A stretch of 64,000 bases of DNA from Synechococcus sp. (GCA_047285305.1 JBJBDL010000003.1:1920001-1984000), one strand, 5' to 3'. Counted from the stretch's first letter, positions 11,303-21,185 are shown. A program made the numbers and translations. The notes: generated by a model not told the origin, from the sequence alone.

Positions 11303-11606
11303 TAACGTGGACAGGTTGGGCAGTTTCTGCCAACCCTGCGCTCGATCCAGAGGGAAGACACAGAGTCTGAAGTCAAGGTCTTGTTCCTTGCCACTTTGAC
11401 CGGTCTGAGACCACCCCGGACAGCACAGAGACAATCCGTCCAAGCGTTTCGTCGACTCGCGGACACCACCATCAGACCATGAACTCCGTCTCAGCGTCAG
11501 CTGTGTAGTTCTTTTTCGTTTGAACGGAATTCCAGGTTTCGGCCATTGCCGTTGGTGCGTTGTTGCCGCTGTTGCATTTCCTCTCTATCCGACTTCGACT
11601 ATCACC

Positions 11607-12986
11607 ATGACCCCTGCTGCCACCAAAGCTGCAAAGCCGGACATCGTTCTTATGGCCAATGCTGACGGCAAGGTGAAGGAAGTTGCCAAGGGTTCCGACA
11701 AAGAAGCCAAAAAAGCCCCCGCACGCCGACGAACCAGCAAGGCGAGTGCGAAGGACCTGAGCGCCGCGGCCGACGAACTGCTCGCCGCGGCCGATCAAGC
11801 CAAGGCTTCGGGAAGCACCAAAAAGGCTGCGGCGAAGAGCACCAAGGCCAAAACCACAACGAAAAAGGCCACAACAACAAAGAAAGCAGCCACCGCCAAG
11901 AAGACCGCCACCAAGGCATCAACAGCCAAAGCAGCAGCAGCAACGAAACCAACCGCAGAAGAAAAAGCCAAAACCGCAGCTGCTGAGAAGGAAGCCAAGG
12001 CCAAAGCCCTCGCAAGCATCAAGATCGGCCCCAAAGGCGTCTACACCGAAGACTCCATCCGGGTTTATCTGCAGGAAATCGGGCGGATCCGCCTACTGCG
12101 TCCCGACGAAGAGATCGAACTGGCCCGCAAAATCGCCGATCTCCTCTATCTCGAGGAACTGGCTGCCCAATTTGAAAGCGATAACGGCCGGGAACCCGAC
12201 AACAAAGAGTGGGCGGCCTTAGTGGAAATGCCGCTCATCCGCTTCCGCCGGCGCTTGATGCTCGGCCGCCGGGCCAAGGAAAAGATGGTGCAATCCAACT
12301 TGCGCCTGGTGGTCTCGATTGCCAAGAAGTACATGAATCGGGGCCTGAGCTTCCAAGACCTGATTCAGGAAGGAAGCCTTGGCCTGATTCGCGCAGCCGA
12401 GAAGTTCGACCACGAAAAGGGCTACAAGTTCTCCACCTACGCCACCTGGTGGATTCGCCAGGCCATCACACGCGCCATTGCCGACCAGAGCCGCACCATT
12501 CGCCTGCCGGTGCACCTCTATGAAACGATCTCCAGGATCAAGAAGACCACCAAGGTTCTCTCCCAGGAGTTCGGCCGCAAGCCAACAGAAGAGGAAATCG
12601 CGGAATCGATGGAAATGACCATCGAAAAACTGCGCTTCATTGCCAAGAGCGCCCAGCTTCCAATCTCCCTGGAGACCCCCATCGGCAAGGAAGAGGATTC
12701 CCGCCTGGGCGATTTCATCGAAGCCGACATCGAGAATCCCGAGCAGGACGTTGCCAAGAACCTGCTTCGTGAAGACCTGGAGGGTGTTTTGGCCACCCTC
12801 AGCCCCCGCGAGCGCGATGTCCTGCGCCTGCGCTACGGCTTGGACGACGGGCGGATGAAGACTCTCGAGGAAATTGGCCAGATTTTTGATGTGACCCGGG
12901 AACGGATCCGTCAGATCGAAGCCAAGGCCCTGCGCAAATTGCGCCACCCCAACCGCAATGGGGTGCTCAAGGAATACATCAAGTAA
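11607..12986 (+). CDS. rpoD: Principal sigma factor RpoD/SigA with Ala/Lys/Thr-rich N-terminus
   Basis: [54 protein letters not shown]. Confidence 0.98.
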   Translation: MTPAATKAAKPDIVLMANADGKVKEVAKGSDKEAKKAPARRRTSKASAKDLSAAADELLAAADQAKASGSTKKAAAKSTKAKTTTKKATTTKKAATAKKTATKASTAKAAAATKPTAEEKAKTAAAEKEAKAKALASIKIGPKGVYTEDSIRVYLQEIGRIRLLRPDEEIELARKIADLLYLEELAAQFESDNGREPDNKEWAALVEMPLIRFRRRLMLGRRAKEKMVQSNLRLVVSIAKKYMNRGLSFQDLIQEGSLGLIRAAEKFDHEKGYKFSTYATWWIRQAITRAIADQSRTIRLPVHLYETISRIKKTTKVLSQEFGRKPTEEEIAESMEMTIEKLRFIAKSAQLPISLETPIGKEEDSRLGDFIEADIENPEQDVAKNLLREDLEGVLATLSPRERDVLRLRYGLDDGRMKTLEEIGQIFDVTRERIRQIEAKALRKLRHPNRNGVLKEYIK

Positions 12987-13081
12987 GCCCGCACTCAGCC
13001 CGCCATCAAACAGTCACAGGAGTAATCCATAAGTACATTCCCCCTGGCTGAATGACAGGGAGGTCTCTTATAAGAGAACTT

Positions 13082-13145
13082 GAGGGAATTGAGACGCCCT
13101 CCTCACACGGAAGAGATCAAACCCCAGCCTGAGGCTGGGGTTTTC
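13082..13145 (+). ncRNA. Candidate Yfr1-like small RNA
   Basis: TATAAG -10-like element at 13069-13074, 5' stem GAGGG/CCCTC, CTCCTCACAC motif at 13099-13108, then a terminator hairpin. Confidence 0.4.
13119..13145 (+). terminator. Rho-independent terminator (possibly bidirectional)
   Basis: AACCCCAGCC-TGA-GGCTGGGGTT followed by TT. Confidence 0.85.
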
Positions 13146-13176
13146 CTTTGGAAAGCAAAACTTCAGTGCCACAGAT

Positions 13177-13644
13177 TCACTGACTGCTTTCGAAGGTTTC
13201 AGTGAATTCCTGAAAGGCACGCTTCAGGCGCTCCACTGGAGTTTCTTCCAGTGGGCACTCCTGGCGTGTCTCAAGCGCATAGGCCTGAAGCAGTCGAGCG
13301 TCCGGTTCAAGCACGGAGGCCACCGCCCCCTTGAACAGCACCAGATTGTGCTGCGAGGTCAGGTTCGCCAGGTAAGGCTGAAGCACCCAACTGGACTGAG
13401 CGTCCTGTGCGGGCTGTGCCGCTGATCGCACGAGACGGGGCCGCAGCAGTTGATATGCGTGGTCTCCATCGCGGTCTGTGGTGTGGCGTAGCCGAGCCAT
13501 CAGGACATCGCCACTGCACAACAGGATCAGACGGATGGAGCCCTCAGCAACCAAGGGAAGCATGGCCTCCTGCTCTTCGGGGTCCGCGGCAACAGAGCAA
13601 ATTGCTCCGGCCTGACGAACGCCATTGACGACGGGTCCGGGCAT
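13177..13644 (-). CDS. Conserved hypothetical protein
   Basis: 155-aa ORF occupying the gap between rpoD and hemC. Confidence 0.7.
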   Translation of the reverse strand: MPGPVVNGVRQAGAICSVAADPEEQEAMLPLVAEGSIRLILLCSGDVLMARLRHTTDRDGDHAYQLLRPRLVRSAAQPAQDAQSSWVLQPYLANLTSQHNLVLFKGAVASVLEPDARLLQAYALETRQECPLEETPVERLKRAFQEFTETFESSQ

Positions 13645-13781
13645 GACTGTGCTGCGTTGCTCGCGAATGTTAAGCGTTCTTCATAAAGAGATCTTCCCTT
13701 TCGAAGCTTCACAACCTCGTAAAGGCGAACCATTGAATCCAAGGCCAAAAGCGTAGGCTGGGCGGCTGATTCGCCCTTTCC

Positions 13782-14735
13782 ATGGCCCTCACCGAACTGC
13801 GCATCGCCTCACGACGCAGCCAGCTGGCCATGGTGCAAACCAACTGGGTCAAAGCTGAACTGGAGAAGGCCCATCCCGGCCTGAAGATCACGGTGGAAGC
13901 CATGGCCACCCAGGGCGACAAGATCCTGGACGTTGCCCTGGCCAAGATCGGCGACAAAGGTCTCTTCACCAAGGAACTGGAAGCCCAGATGCTGGTGGAT
14001 CGCGCGGACATCGCCGTCCACTCCCTTAAGGACCTGCCTACCAACCTTCCGGAGGGGCTGATGCTCGGCTGCATCACAGAACGAGAAGACCCGGCCGATG
14101 CGCTGGTGGTGAATGCCAAGAACCAGGCCTACAAGCTCGACACCCTTCCCGAAGGCTCAGTAGTGGGAACAAGTTCCCTGCGCCGCCTGGCTCAACTGCG
14201 TCACCACTACCCCCAACTGATCTTCAAGGACGTTCGGGGGAACGTGATCACTCGGCTGGAAAAATTGGACAGCGGCGATTACGACTGCCTGATCCTGGCT
14301 GCGGCAGGCCTGGGCCGGCTTGGCTTCGGCGATCGGATCCACCAGCTGATCCCCGGCGACATCTCTCTGCACGCCGTTGGGCAGGGAGCCCTGGGGATTG
14401 AATGCGTGGAGGGCAAGCCCGAAGTGCTCGAGGCGATCAAAGTACTGGAGCACACCCCCACCTCCCAGCGCTGCCTGGCCGAACGTGCTTTCCTGCGGGA
14501 ACTGGAGGGTGGCTGCCAGGTTCCCATCGGCGTGAACACACGCTTCGAAGGCGATCAACTGATCCTCACCGGGATGGTGGCCAGCCTTGATGGCAAACGT
14601 CTGATCCGCGACCAAGCCAGTGGCGCGGCAAGCGACGCCGAAGCCATCGGCATCGCTCTCGCCAGCACCCTCAAGAGTCAGGGTGCTGGGGAGATCCTCA
14701 AAGAGATCTTCGACACCGTCCGCCCGGAAGCCTGA
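13782..14735 (+). CDS. hemC: Porphobilinogen deaminase (hydroxymethylbilane synthase)
   Basis: [44 protein letters not shown]. Confidence 0.98.
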   Translation: MALTELRIASRRSQLAMVQTNWVKAELEKAHPGLKITVEAMATQGDKILDVALAKIGDKGLFTKELEAQMLVDRADIAVHSLKDLPTNLPEGLMLGCITEREDPADALVVNAKNQAYKLDTLPEGSVVGTSSLRRLAQLRHHYPQLIFKDVRGNVITRLEKLDSGDYDCLILAAAGLGRLGFGDRIHQLIPGDISLHAVGQGALGIECVEGKPEVLEAIKVLEHTPTSQRCLAERAFLRELEGGCQVPIGVNTRFEGDQLILTGMVASLDGKRLIRDQASGAASDAEAIGIALASTLKSQGAGEILKEIFDTVRPEA

Positions 14736-14894
14736 TCAACTGCGAATCTCCAGGCGCGTTCCCACATCCACAGCGTCAAGCAGCAGCCGGATGTGGCTGT
14801 TGAGCATCCGCACGCAGCCCAGGCTGACGGCCGCGCGAATCTGAACCCAGTGCGACCACGCCGTCCTGGTGAACATGTTCCAACGCTGAGCCAT
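14736..14894 (-). pseudogene. 3' remnant of an L,D-transpeptidase (YkuD) gene
   Basis: AVSLGCVRMLN...VDVGTRLEIRS matches the YkuD catalytic C-terminus. The HG motif is degenerate and the N-terminal part is missing. Confidence 0.65.
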
Positions 14895-14895
14895 G

Positions 14896-14919
14896 AAAAA
14901 AGCGGGGGATATCCCCCGC
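14896..14919 (-). terminator. Terminator of ppa
   Basis: Perfect palindrome GCGGGGGATATCCCCCGC followed by T6 on the minus strand. Confidence 0.85.
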
Positions 14920-14946
14920 CTGATCAGCAATCGATCGCCGAAGCGT

Positions 14947-15534
14947 TCAGTCGACCAACTTGGGATCGATCTCAGCCAAATAGCGAGCCTCGCAGCTCTT
15001 GATGATTTCAACTGCCTTTTCATTGCCGAAGAAACCGTTCACCGAGCAGGTGCCAGGCTTCTTCAGATCTTTGTAGTGCTCCCAGTAGTAGGTGGTCTCT
15101 TTCTTCCAGTGCTCACCGAGATCTTCCCAGCTCTTGATGTGATCCATGCGCTTGTCGTCGGCAAGCACAGCAATCACCTTGTCGTCGACTTCACCACCAT
15201 CATCGAAAGTCATCACTCCGATGATGCGGGCTTCCACAATCGAACCGGGAATCAGGGGCTCGGTGACACCAACGATTTCGATGTCGAGGGGATCGCCATC
15301 TTCATCCCAGGTGCGGGGGATGCATCCGTAGGCGAAGGGGTAAGCCAGCGAGGAGTAACCAACGCGGTCCAGCTTGAGATGGCCAGTTTCGGTGATCAGC
15401 TCGTACTTGTTGATCGTGTTGGAGTTGAGCTCCACGATCGTGTTGAGACGAAGTTCGGCTTCATCAGCGAAGGCCGGCAGCACGTGCAGCAGGTTGGGCA
15501 TGCTGCGGCTGGGTGCCTGATCGAGGTTGGCCAT
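14947..15534 (-). CDS. ppa: Inorganic pyrophosphatase
   Basis: NKYE, LDRV, YPFAYG, DGDPLD, DDKVIAV. Confidence 0.97.
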   Translation of the reverse strand: MANLDQAPSRSMPNLLHVLPAFADEAELRLNTIVELNSNTINKYELITETGHLKLDRVGYSSLAYPFAYGCIPRTWDEDGDPLDIEIVGVTEPLIPGSIVEARIIGVMTFDDGGEVDDKVIAVLADDKRMDHIKSWEDLGEHWKKETTYYWEHYKDLKKPGTCSVNGFFGNEKAVEIIKSCEARYLAEIDPKLVD

Positions 15535-15596
15535 AAACGGCGATGGACAGCGCGGCGCATCCTACGGGCCCCCTCCGCCCGTCAAGTTTCACGCGA

Positions 15597-17105
15597 CTAG
15601 GGGGCCGGTTGCAGCCGATCAAGTTTGTTCTCCAAATAGTCGAGGAAGGCATCGGTACTGAGGGGCCGACCTGTGACCCTGTCCACCAGTTGATCGGCAT
15701 TCACACTCCGGCCGAGCGGGTGAACGTGCTCACGCAGCCAAGCCAGCAAGGGCGTGACATCGCCGCGCTCCAAATACTCCTCAGGAGACCCGATAGCCTC
15801 CGCCATCGCTTCGCTCAACTGTGCACTGATCAAGTGCCCCAACAGATACGAGGGGAAATAGCCAAACAGGCCTTCACTCCAGTGCACATCTTGAAGGCAT
15901 CCCTCGGCATCGTTCATCGGCCGCACCCCCAGGAGCTCCTGGTAGCGCCGGTTCCATTCGTCAGGGAGATCCTTCACCGCCAAACCCTGCTCCAGCAAAG
16001 CAATTTCAAGATCCGTGCGGATCAGGATGTGCAAGCCATAGCTGAGTTCATCGGCCTCAACCCGGTTCAAACCAGGCGCCATCGGATTCAACGCCTGCCA
16101 CATGTCCTGGGCGCCGCTGAAGGGAGCCCCCACCTGAGCAAAACGCTTCCACCACTGCTCTGCGAACGGACGGCTCCGGGCAACACGGTTCTCCCAGAAC
16201 AGCGACTGACTTTCATGCACCGCCATCGAAGTGGCCTGTCCTAACGGCCAGGCAAACCATTGGTGACTCTGGTCGGGCAACCCCTGTTCGTAGAGGGAAT
16301 GGCCCCATTCATGGGCGGTGGCGAGGAAACACGACAACGGCTGTCCTGGCACTACACGCGTAGTGATGCGGTAATCCGCCGGTCCCAGCGTGATCGAAAA
16401 GGGGTGAGGCGAGCGTGCCATGCAGGTGATGGCGGGATTGCGGCCCCAGGCACCGAGTAGCTCATCACAGAGATCTTGCTGGCTGGACTCCTCGAGATCC
16501 CAGTCCGCTGATCGTGGGCGTGGCCGGGTGGATGCCTGAGCGACCAATTGCGGCAACCTTTGCCGCAACGGAGCAAACAAGGCCTCGAGACGCTCTAGAC
16601 GAAGATCCGGTTCGAAGGGTTGCGCCAGGGTCTCCCAACAGGAGCGCGGCTCATCCAGCTGTTTGGCCTGCTCCTGACGCAAGTCAATCAGGGTCTGAAG
16701 CGCCGGTGCGAAGAGGCTGAAATCAGAGGCCGATCGAGCCTGCTGCCACCGGTTGTAACCCTCGGCCTTGGCTTTGGCCAAGGCGGCAACGAGAGCTGGA
16801 TCAAGGGACTGCTGCCGCTGCAGGTCCTGTTCCAGCAGATCCAGATTGCGGCCCTGCTCAGGGCATCGCTCGCCGGAGTTCCAGTGCTGACGCGCTTCGA
16901 CTAGCAGATCCGCATAGGCCGCAGAGCTCTGACGAGCATGAAGCTGGGTCGCCAGCAGCGTGAGCTGCTCACCCCGCCAGGACGCCCCGGCAGAGGGCAT
17001 GCGGGTGTTCTGGTCCCAGTACAAGGTGCTCTGAATCGAGCCGAGAAGCTGCGTCTCTCTCAAATGGGCTCCCAGCTGCCCCCAAGCCATTGCGGCAGAA
17101 GCCAT
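15597..17105 (-). CDS. Carboxypeptidase, M32 (Taq) family
   Basis: HPF, HEWGH, HESQSLFWEN, GCLQDVHWS, GYFPSY. Confidence 0.95.
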   Translation of the reverse strand: MASAAMAWGQLGAHLRETQLLGSIQSTLYWDQNTRMPSAGASWRGEQLTLLATQLHARQSSAAYADLLVEARQHWNSGERCPEQGRNLDLLEQDLQRQQSLDPALVAALAKAKAEGYNRWQQARSASDFSLFAPALQTLIDLRQEQAKQLDEPRSCWETLAQPFEPDLRLERLEALFAPLRQRLPQLVAQASTRPRPRSADWDLEESSQQDLCDELLGAWGRNPAITCMARSPHPFSITLGPADYRITTRVVPGQPLSCFLATAHEWGHSLYEQGLPDQSHQWFAWPLGQATSMAVHESQSLFWENRVARSRPFAEQWWKRFAQVGAPFSGAQDMWQALNPMAPGLNRVEADELSYGLHILIRTDLEIALLEQGLAVKDLPDEWNRRYQELLGVRPMNDAEGCLQDVHWSEGLFGYFPSYLLGHLISAQLSEAMAEAIGSPEEYLERGDVTPLLAWLREHVHPLGRSVNADQLVDRVTGRPLSTDAFLDYLENKLDRLQPAP

Positions 17106-17158
17106 CTAGCTCCATTTTTCGTCACCTTAACGACACCCGGAGTGGCATCGCAGCAGCG

Positions 17159-17296
17159 ATGCAGGCCATGGTGAAGCGGTTCAGACGTTCTGGACCTATG
17201 CGCCGATTGATGCTGCAGGCGGCACTGGGAATCGCCCTGCCCATGGCTCTCTGGCCGCTCAAGCTGATTTACCGACAACCGCAGACCGTTCGATAG
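17159..17296 (+). CDS. Possible small membrane peptide
   Basis: Short ORF with a hydrophobic stretch in the intergenic gap; start uncertain. Confidence 0.35.
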   Translation: MQAMVKRFRRSGPMRRLMLQAALGIALPMALWPLKLIYRQPQTVR

Positions 17297-17303
17297 GAAC
17301 CGG

Positions 17304-17711
17304 TCAGTTCATCTCGCAGCGGCCTTGGCACAGGGTCTCAAGGTCGGCGCGCCCGGTTATCTGAAGGCGACGGGCGGCCCAAATCCCATAGACCCAATCG
17401 AACACGCTGCCGATCAAGGGCCAGCGGGTCGGTGCGTAGAGCCACCCCAGACCAATCAGGCGATAGGCCTCACGGAAGACGGCCACATCACGCAGCACCT
17501 CTCCGGAGCCAGTGATGGCATGAATGCGGCCCATGGCCACCCGGTAACTGATGCCGGCATGGGCCTCTGCGACGTAACCATGGGCATCAATGTCGACAAA
17601 AGCCAGGCGGGCCTGACGGTCACGCCGCTGCAGAAACCGAACTTCGCGCACACACAATGGACAACCTCCGTCGAACAGCAGGGTCAGTTCTGGGGCAGAA
17701 GGGCTGGCCAT
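17304..17711 (-). CDS. DCC-family thiol-disulfide oxidoreductase (DUF393)
   Basis: LLFDGGCPLC motif. Confidence 0.9.
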   Translation of the reverse strand: MASPSAPELTLLFDGGCPLCVREVRFLQRRDRQARLAFVDIDAHGYVAEAHAGISYRVAMGRIHAITGSGEVLRDVAVFREAYRLIGLGWLYAPTRWPLIGSVFDWVYGIWAARRLQITGRADLETLCQGRCEMN

Positions 17712-17763
17712 GGACTAAGACGTTGCTTCAGCACGCAAAGTAAGGAAAGAACGCTGGAGAGCG

Positions 17764-18381
17764 GTGGGCGTGCAGCAGATCCTGCATCAGATCACAGTTC
17801 AAACCCCGGGGAGGGGCTTCACCAGGCTGGACGGGCGGTTGAACTCCTGGATCCGCAGCACGGGTCTGGACCAGGGCGTTCTGCATCTCACCTGTCTGCA
17901 CACCAGCGCCAGCCTCACCATTAACGAGAACGCCGATCCACGGGTGCTGCAGGACCTGGATGCATGGATGGCCGATATCGTTCCAGAACACCGCCGTTAT
18001 CTCCATGACGACGAAGGAGCCGATGACATGCCGGCCCACATCCGAACCGCGCTCACCAGCCAGACCCTGAGCCTCAGCGTCAGCAGGGGGCAACTGCTGC
18101 TGGGCACCTGGCAAGCCGTTTACCTCTGGGAGCACCGAAGCGCTGCTCATACCAGAACGATCGCCTGCCACCTGTTCGGTGAATCCTCCAGCCGCCCCAC
18201 CCCTGAGAGCACCACGCAGAACACTTCAGCCACGCCGCAAACCCTATTGAACCTGCGCAATGGCGAACGGATCAATCAAGCCATTCAGGCCCGCCACAAC
18301 CCCAACACCTGGGAAACCGATGACGGCATCGATACCGACACCGATCTGATGATTGATCGATTGCATGACCTGAGCGACTGA
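17764..18381 (+). CDS. YjbQ/UPF0047 family protein with C-terminal extension
   Basis: HTSASLTINENADP, H.DEG.DDMPAHI, LGTWQAVYLWEH. Confidence 0.9.
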   Translation: MGVQQILHQITVQTPGRGFTRLDGRLNSWIRSTGLDQGVLHLTCLHTSASLTINENADPRVLQDLDAWMADIVPEHRRYLHDDEGADDMPAHIRTALTSQTLSLSVSRGQLLLGTWQAVYLWEHRSAAHTRTIACHLFGESSSRPTPESTTQNTSATPQTLLNLRNGERINQAIQARHNPNTWETDDGIDTDTDLMIDRLHDLSD

Positions 18382-18423
18382 CGACCGGCTCCAGCCACGA
18401 TGGAGGGGTGATTCAGGGCTTAC

Positions 18424-18714
18424 ATGCCAGTTGAACCTCTCGATGCCGCCCAGAAGTCGGCACTCAGCACAACCCTGCCCAATTGGGTTGTGAACGGAGA
18501 CAGGCTGCACCGCGATCTGCAGTTCAACAGCTTCGTGGAGGCCTTTGGGTTCATGGCACAGGTGGCCTTGCTGGCCGAATCCAAAAATCACCATCCGAAC
18601 TGGAGCAACGTCTACAACCGCGTTTCAATCGACCTGACCACCCATGATCTCGGCGGCCTCAGCAGCCTGGATGTAGAGCTGGCCAGCGACATTGACGCTC
18701 TGCTGCCAGCATGA
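18424..18714 (+). CDS. phhB: Pterin-4-alpha-carbinolamine dehydratase
   Basis: [17 protein letters not shown]...LTTHD. Confidence 0.93.
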   Translation: MPVEPLDAAQKSALSTTLPNWVVNGDRLHRDLQFNSFVEAFGFMAQVALLAESKNHHPNWSNVYNRVSIDLTTHDLGGLSSLDVELASDIDALLPA

Positions 18715-18733
18715 GTCGAACGGGTCCATGCGC

Positions 18734-19849
18734 ATGATCACCGCACCAGCCAGTCCGGGCGTCCCGGTCACCATTCTCAGCGGCTTCCTCGGAGCAGGAA
18801 AAACCACGCTGCTGAATCACATCCTGAGCAATCAGCAGGGGGTAAAGACCGCAGTGCTGGTGAATGAGTTCGGTGAAATCGGGATCGACAACGATCTGGT
18901 CGTCACCACCGATGAAGACATGGTGGAGCTGAGCAATGGGTGCATCTGCTGCTCGATCAACGGCGAGCTGATGGAGGCGGTGGAACGGGTGATTGAACGT
19001 CCGGAGCCGCTCGATTACATCGTCGTCGAAACCACCGGCCTGGCCGATCCCCTGCCGGTGGCCATGACCTTCCTTGGCAGTGAGCTGCGGGACCAAACCC
19101 GCCTCGATTCGATCATCACCTTGATCGATGCAGAAAACTTCGACGACGTCGTGCTGGACACGGAAGTTGGCCGGGCCCAGGTGATTTATGGCGACATCCT
19201 GCTGCTGAACAAGTGCGACCTCGTCTCCGAGGAGCGGCTTGAGACCGTCGAAGAGCAACTCAGAGCCGTCAAGAACGATGCGCGGATCCTGCGGTCGGTG
19301 AAAGGAGAGGTGCCCCTTGCCCTGTTGCTCAGTGTCGGACTGTTCGAATCCGACAAGGTGTGTTCCCCCGCCGACGATCCGAGCCTGGATCACAGCGACT
19401 GCGACCACGACCATGGCCACTGCAGCCACGACCATGGGGACGATCACAGCCATGGGGACGATCACAGCCATGGGGACGATCACAGCCATGGGGACGGACA
19501 CCATCACCATGGCCACAGCCATAGCCACAACGACCATCAGGACATCGAGGGATTCACCTCCCTGTCCTTCCAAAGTGATGGCCCCTTCGCATTGCGCAAA
19601 TTCCAGAACTTCCTGGACAACCAAATGCCCCAGGAGGTGTTCCGGGCCAAGGGAATCCTCTGGTTCAACGAAAGCGAACGCCGACATGTGTTCCATCTGG
19701 CGGGCAAACGCTTTTCCATCGACGACACCGACTGGACCGGTGATCGCAAAAATCAATTGGTGCTGATCGGCCGCAACATCGACCACAACAAACTGCGGGA
19801 GCAACTCAAGGCCTGTGTGGCACCGGATGCAGGAAAAGGTTTCAGCTGA
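18734..19849 (+). CDS. COG0523/CobW-family metal-chaperone GTPase with His-rich insert
   Basis: GFLGAGKTT, NEFGEIGID, GCICC, ETTGLADP, LLNKCD, FRAKG. Confidence 0.95.
   Translation: MITAPASPGVPVTILSGFLGAGKTTLLNHILSNQQGVKTAVLVNEFGEIGIDNDLVVTTDEDMVELSNGCICCSINGELMEAVERVIERPEPLDYIVVETTGLADPLPVAMTFLGSELRDQTRLDSIITLIDAENFDDVVLDTEVGRAQVIYGDILLLNKCDLVSEERLETVEEQLRAVKNDARILRSVKGEVPLALLLSVGLFESDKVCSPADDPSLDHSDCDHDHGHCSHDHGDDHSHGDDHSHGDDHSHGDGHHHHGHSHSHNDHQDIEGFTSLSFQSDGPFALRKFQNFLDNQMPQEVFRAKGILWFNESERRHVFHLAGKRFSIDDTDWTGDRKNQLVLIGRNIDHNKLREQLKACVAPDAGKGFS
19433..19496 (+). repeat. 18-bp tandem repeat (3 full copies plus a partial) encoding HGDDHS
   Basis: CATGGGGACGATCACAGC x3 + CATGGGGACG. Confidence 0.95.
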
Positions 19850-19902
19850 TTCAGCAGAACCAGGGAATGGTGCTTATTCTGCGCTTCACGGGACAAACCT
19901 CA

Positions 19903-20049
19903 ATGGTCGAACCACTGCTGCTCGGAACGGTTTTTGTTCTCGCCAGCTTGCTGCTGTGGCTTCTGGCTGATTCCGACGATGACAACGGCGGTGGTGGCTT
20001 ACGCCAGCCGGTACTTGTGCCCATCCCGGTGCGTCATCACCAACGCTGA
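19903..20049 (+). CDS. Small single-TM protein with DDD-GGGG motif
   Basis: 48 aa MVEPLLLGTVFVLASLLLWLLADSDDDNGGGG...; followed by a terminator. Confidence 0.7.
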   Translation: MVEPLLLGTVFVLASLLLWLLADSDDDNGGGGLRQPVLVPIPVRHHQR

Positions 20050-20070
20050 AGACATCAATTCTTTTTCCTC

Positions 20071-20098
20071 AATCCTCCGCTGCGGCGGGGGATTTTTT
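20071..20098 (+). terminator. Rho-independent terminator
   Basis: AATCCTCCGC-TGCG-GCGGGGGATT followed by TTTT. Confidence 0.8.
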
Positions 20099-21185
20099 AT
20101 GCCAACGCCTGGCCAAGCGGAAGCAGCGTGACTCTGGCCCCATCCCTGAAGCTGAGGCGACAACGGGTGTGGGGGGGATGCTCCTGTTCGATCGAACAGT
20201 GGGCCCGCACCATCACTTCCGCGACACGGATTCGGTACTCCCATGCATCCCCCAGAAATTCACGACCCAGGACGCTGGCCTCTCCTTCGGCATCGGCGAC
20301 GACATTGATGTCATGCGGATCCACCAGCAAACAACAGTCACCGGAGGCTTTGCGGTCCGCCTGGACCCATGGGGCAGATTCATCCAGGTCTCCCAAGAGA
20401 CAAGACAACTGTCCTTGGCTATGGGCCTGAACCGGAATCAAATTGCGCTGGAGCACAAAGGATCCAACAAAAGGCGTCGCCGGTGATCTGACGATCTCGG
20501 GGGGCGATGCACATTGATGCAGCACGCCATCCCGCATGACGGCCACGCGATCGCAAATCGCCAGAGCTTCTCCTGGGTCATGGGTGACGATCACGCCGCT
20601 TGCACCGCAGGCGTCCAGCACGGAGGAGAGCTCACTGCGCAGGCGGAGCCTCACCTCCACATCAAGGCTTGAAAAAGGCTCATCAAGCAGAACAACCCTT
20701 GGCGCTGGGGCCAAAGCGCGTGCCAACGCCAGCCGCTGCCGCTGGCCACCGGAAAGCTGGTGCGGGTAGCGCTGCTCGAGCCCCTTCAGCCCCAGCAACT
20801 CAAACAACCAGGCCACGCGCTCACGGTTGGGATTCAGCCGGGGCAAACCGAAACTGGCGTTCTGCCAAGCGTTCAGGTGAGGAAATAGGGCGTAATCCTG
20901 GAACACCATGCCAACGCCCCGACGTTCCGGTTCCATCCAGATCCCATCTCCAGCCACCATGCGCTGATCCAGCTGCACCGTGCCGCGCCGAGGGCGTTCA
21001 AAGCCAGCGATCAAGCGAAGCAGAGTGGTCTTGCCACAGCCGGAGGGGCCCAGCAGGCCAAGCAGCTCCCCTGGCGCCACCTGGAGATCCACCCCTTTCA
21101 GGGTCCAGCCGTCAGAGGCATCGCCGTAGCTGTGCCAGACCCCGTTTAAAGCAACCGTTGGCTCCATCGGGAGCAGCTGTTCCAC
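20097..21185 (-). CDS. futC: Fe(III) ABC transporter ATP-binding subunit
   Basis: GPSGCGKTT, VFQDYALFPH, LSGGQRQR, LLDEPFS; divergent from the permease. Confidence 0.85.
   Translation of the reverse strand: MEQLLPMEPTVALNGVWHSYGDASDGWTLKGVDLQVAPGELLGLLGPSGCGKTTLLRLIAGFERPRRGTVQLDQRMVAGDGIWMEPERRGVGMVFQDYALFPHLNAWQNASFGLPRLNPNRERVAWLFELLGLKGLEQRYPHQLSGGQRQRLALARALAPAPRVVLLDEPFSSLDVEVRLRLRSELSSVLDACGASGVIVTHDPGEALAICDRVAVMRDGVLHQCASPPEIVRSPATPFVGSFVLQRNLIPVQAHSQGQLSCLLGDLDESAPWVQADRKASGDCCLLVDPHDINVVADAEGEASVLGREFLGDAWEYRIRVAEVMVRAHCSIEQEHPPHTRCRLSFRDGARVTLLPLGQALA

Noticed and set aside
11700..12020. AAG/GCC-rich quasi-repeats in rpoD
   Set aside because: Low-complexity Ala/Lys/Thr N-terminus usual for picocyanobacterial RpoD; not a DNA repeat element
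13022..13036. GTA...TAC resembling an NtcA box
   Set aside because: The spacer is 9 nt, not the required 8
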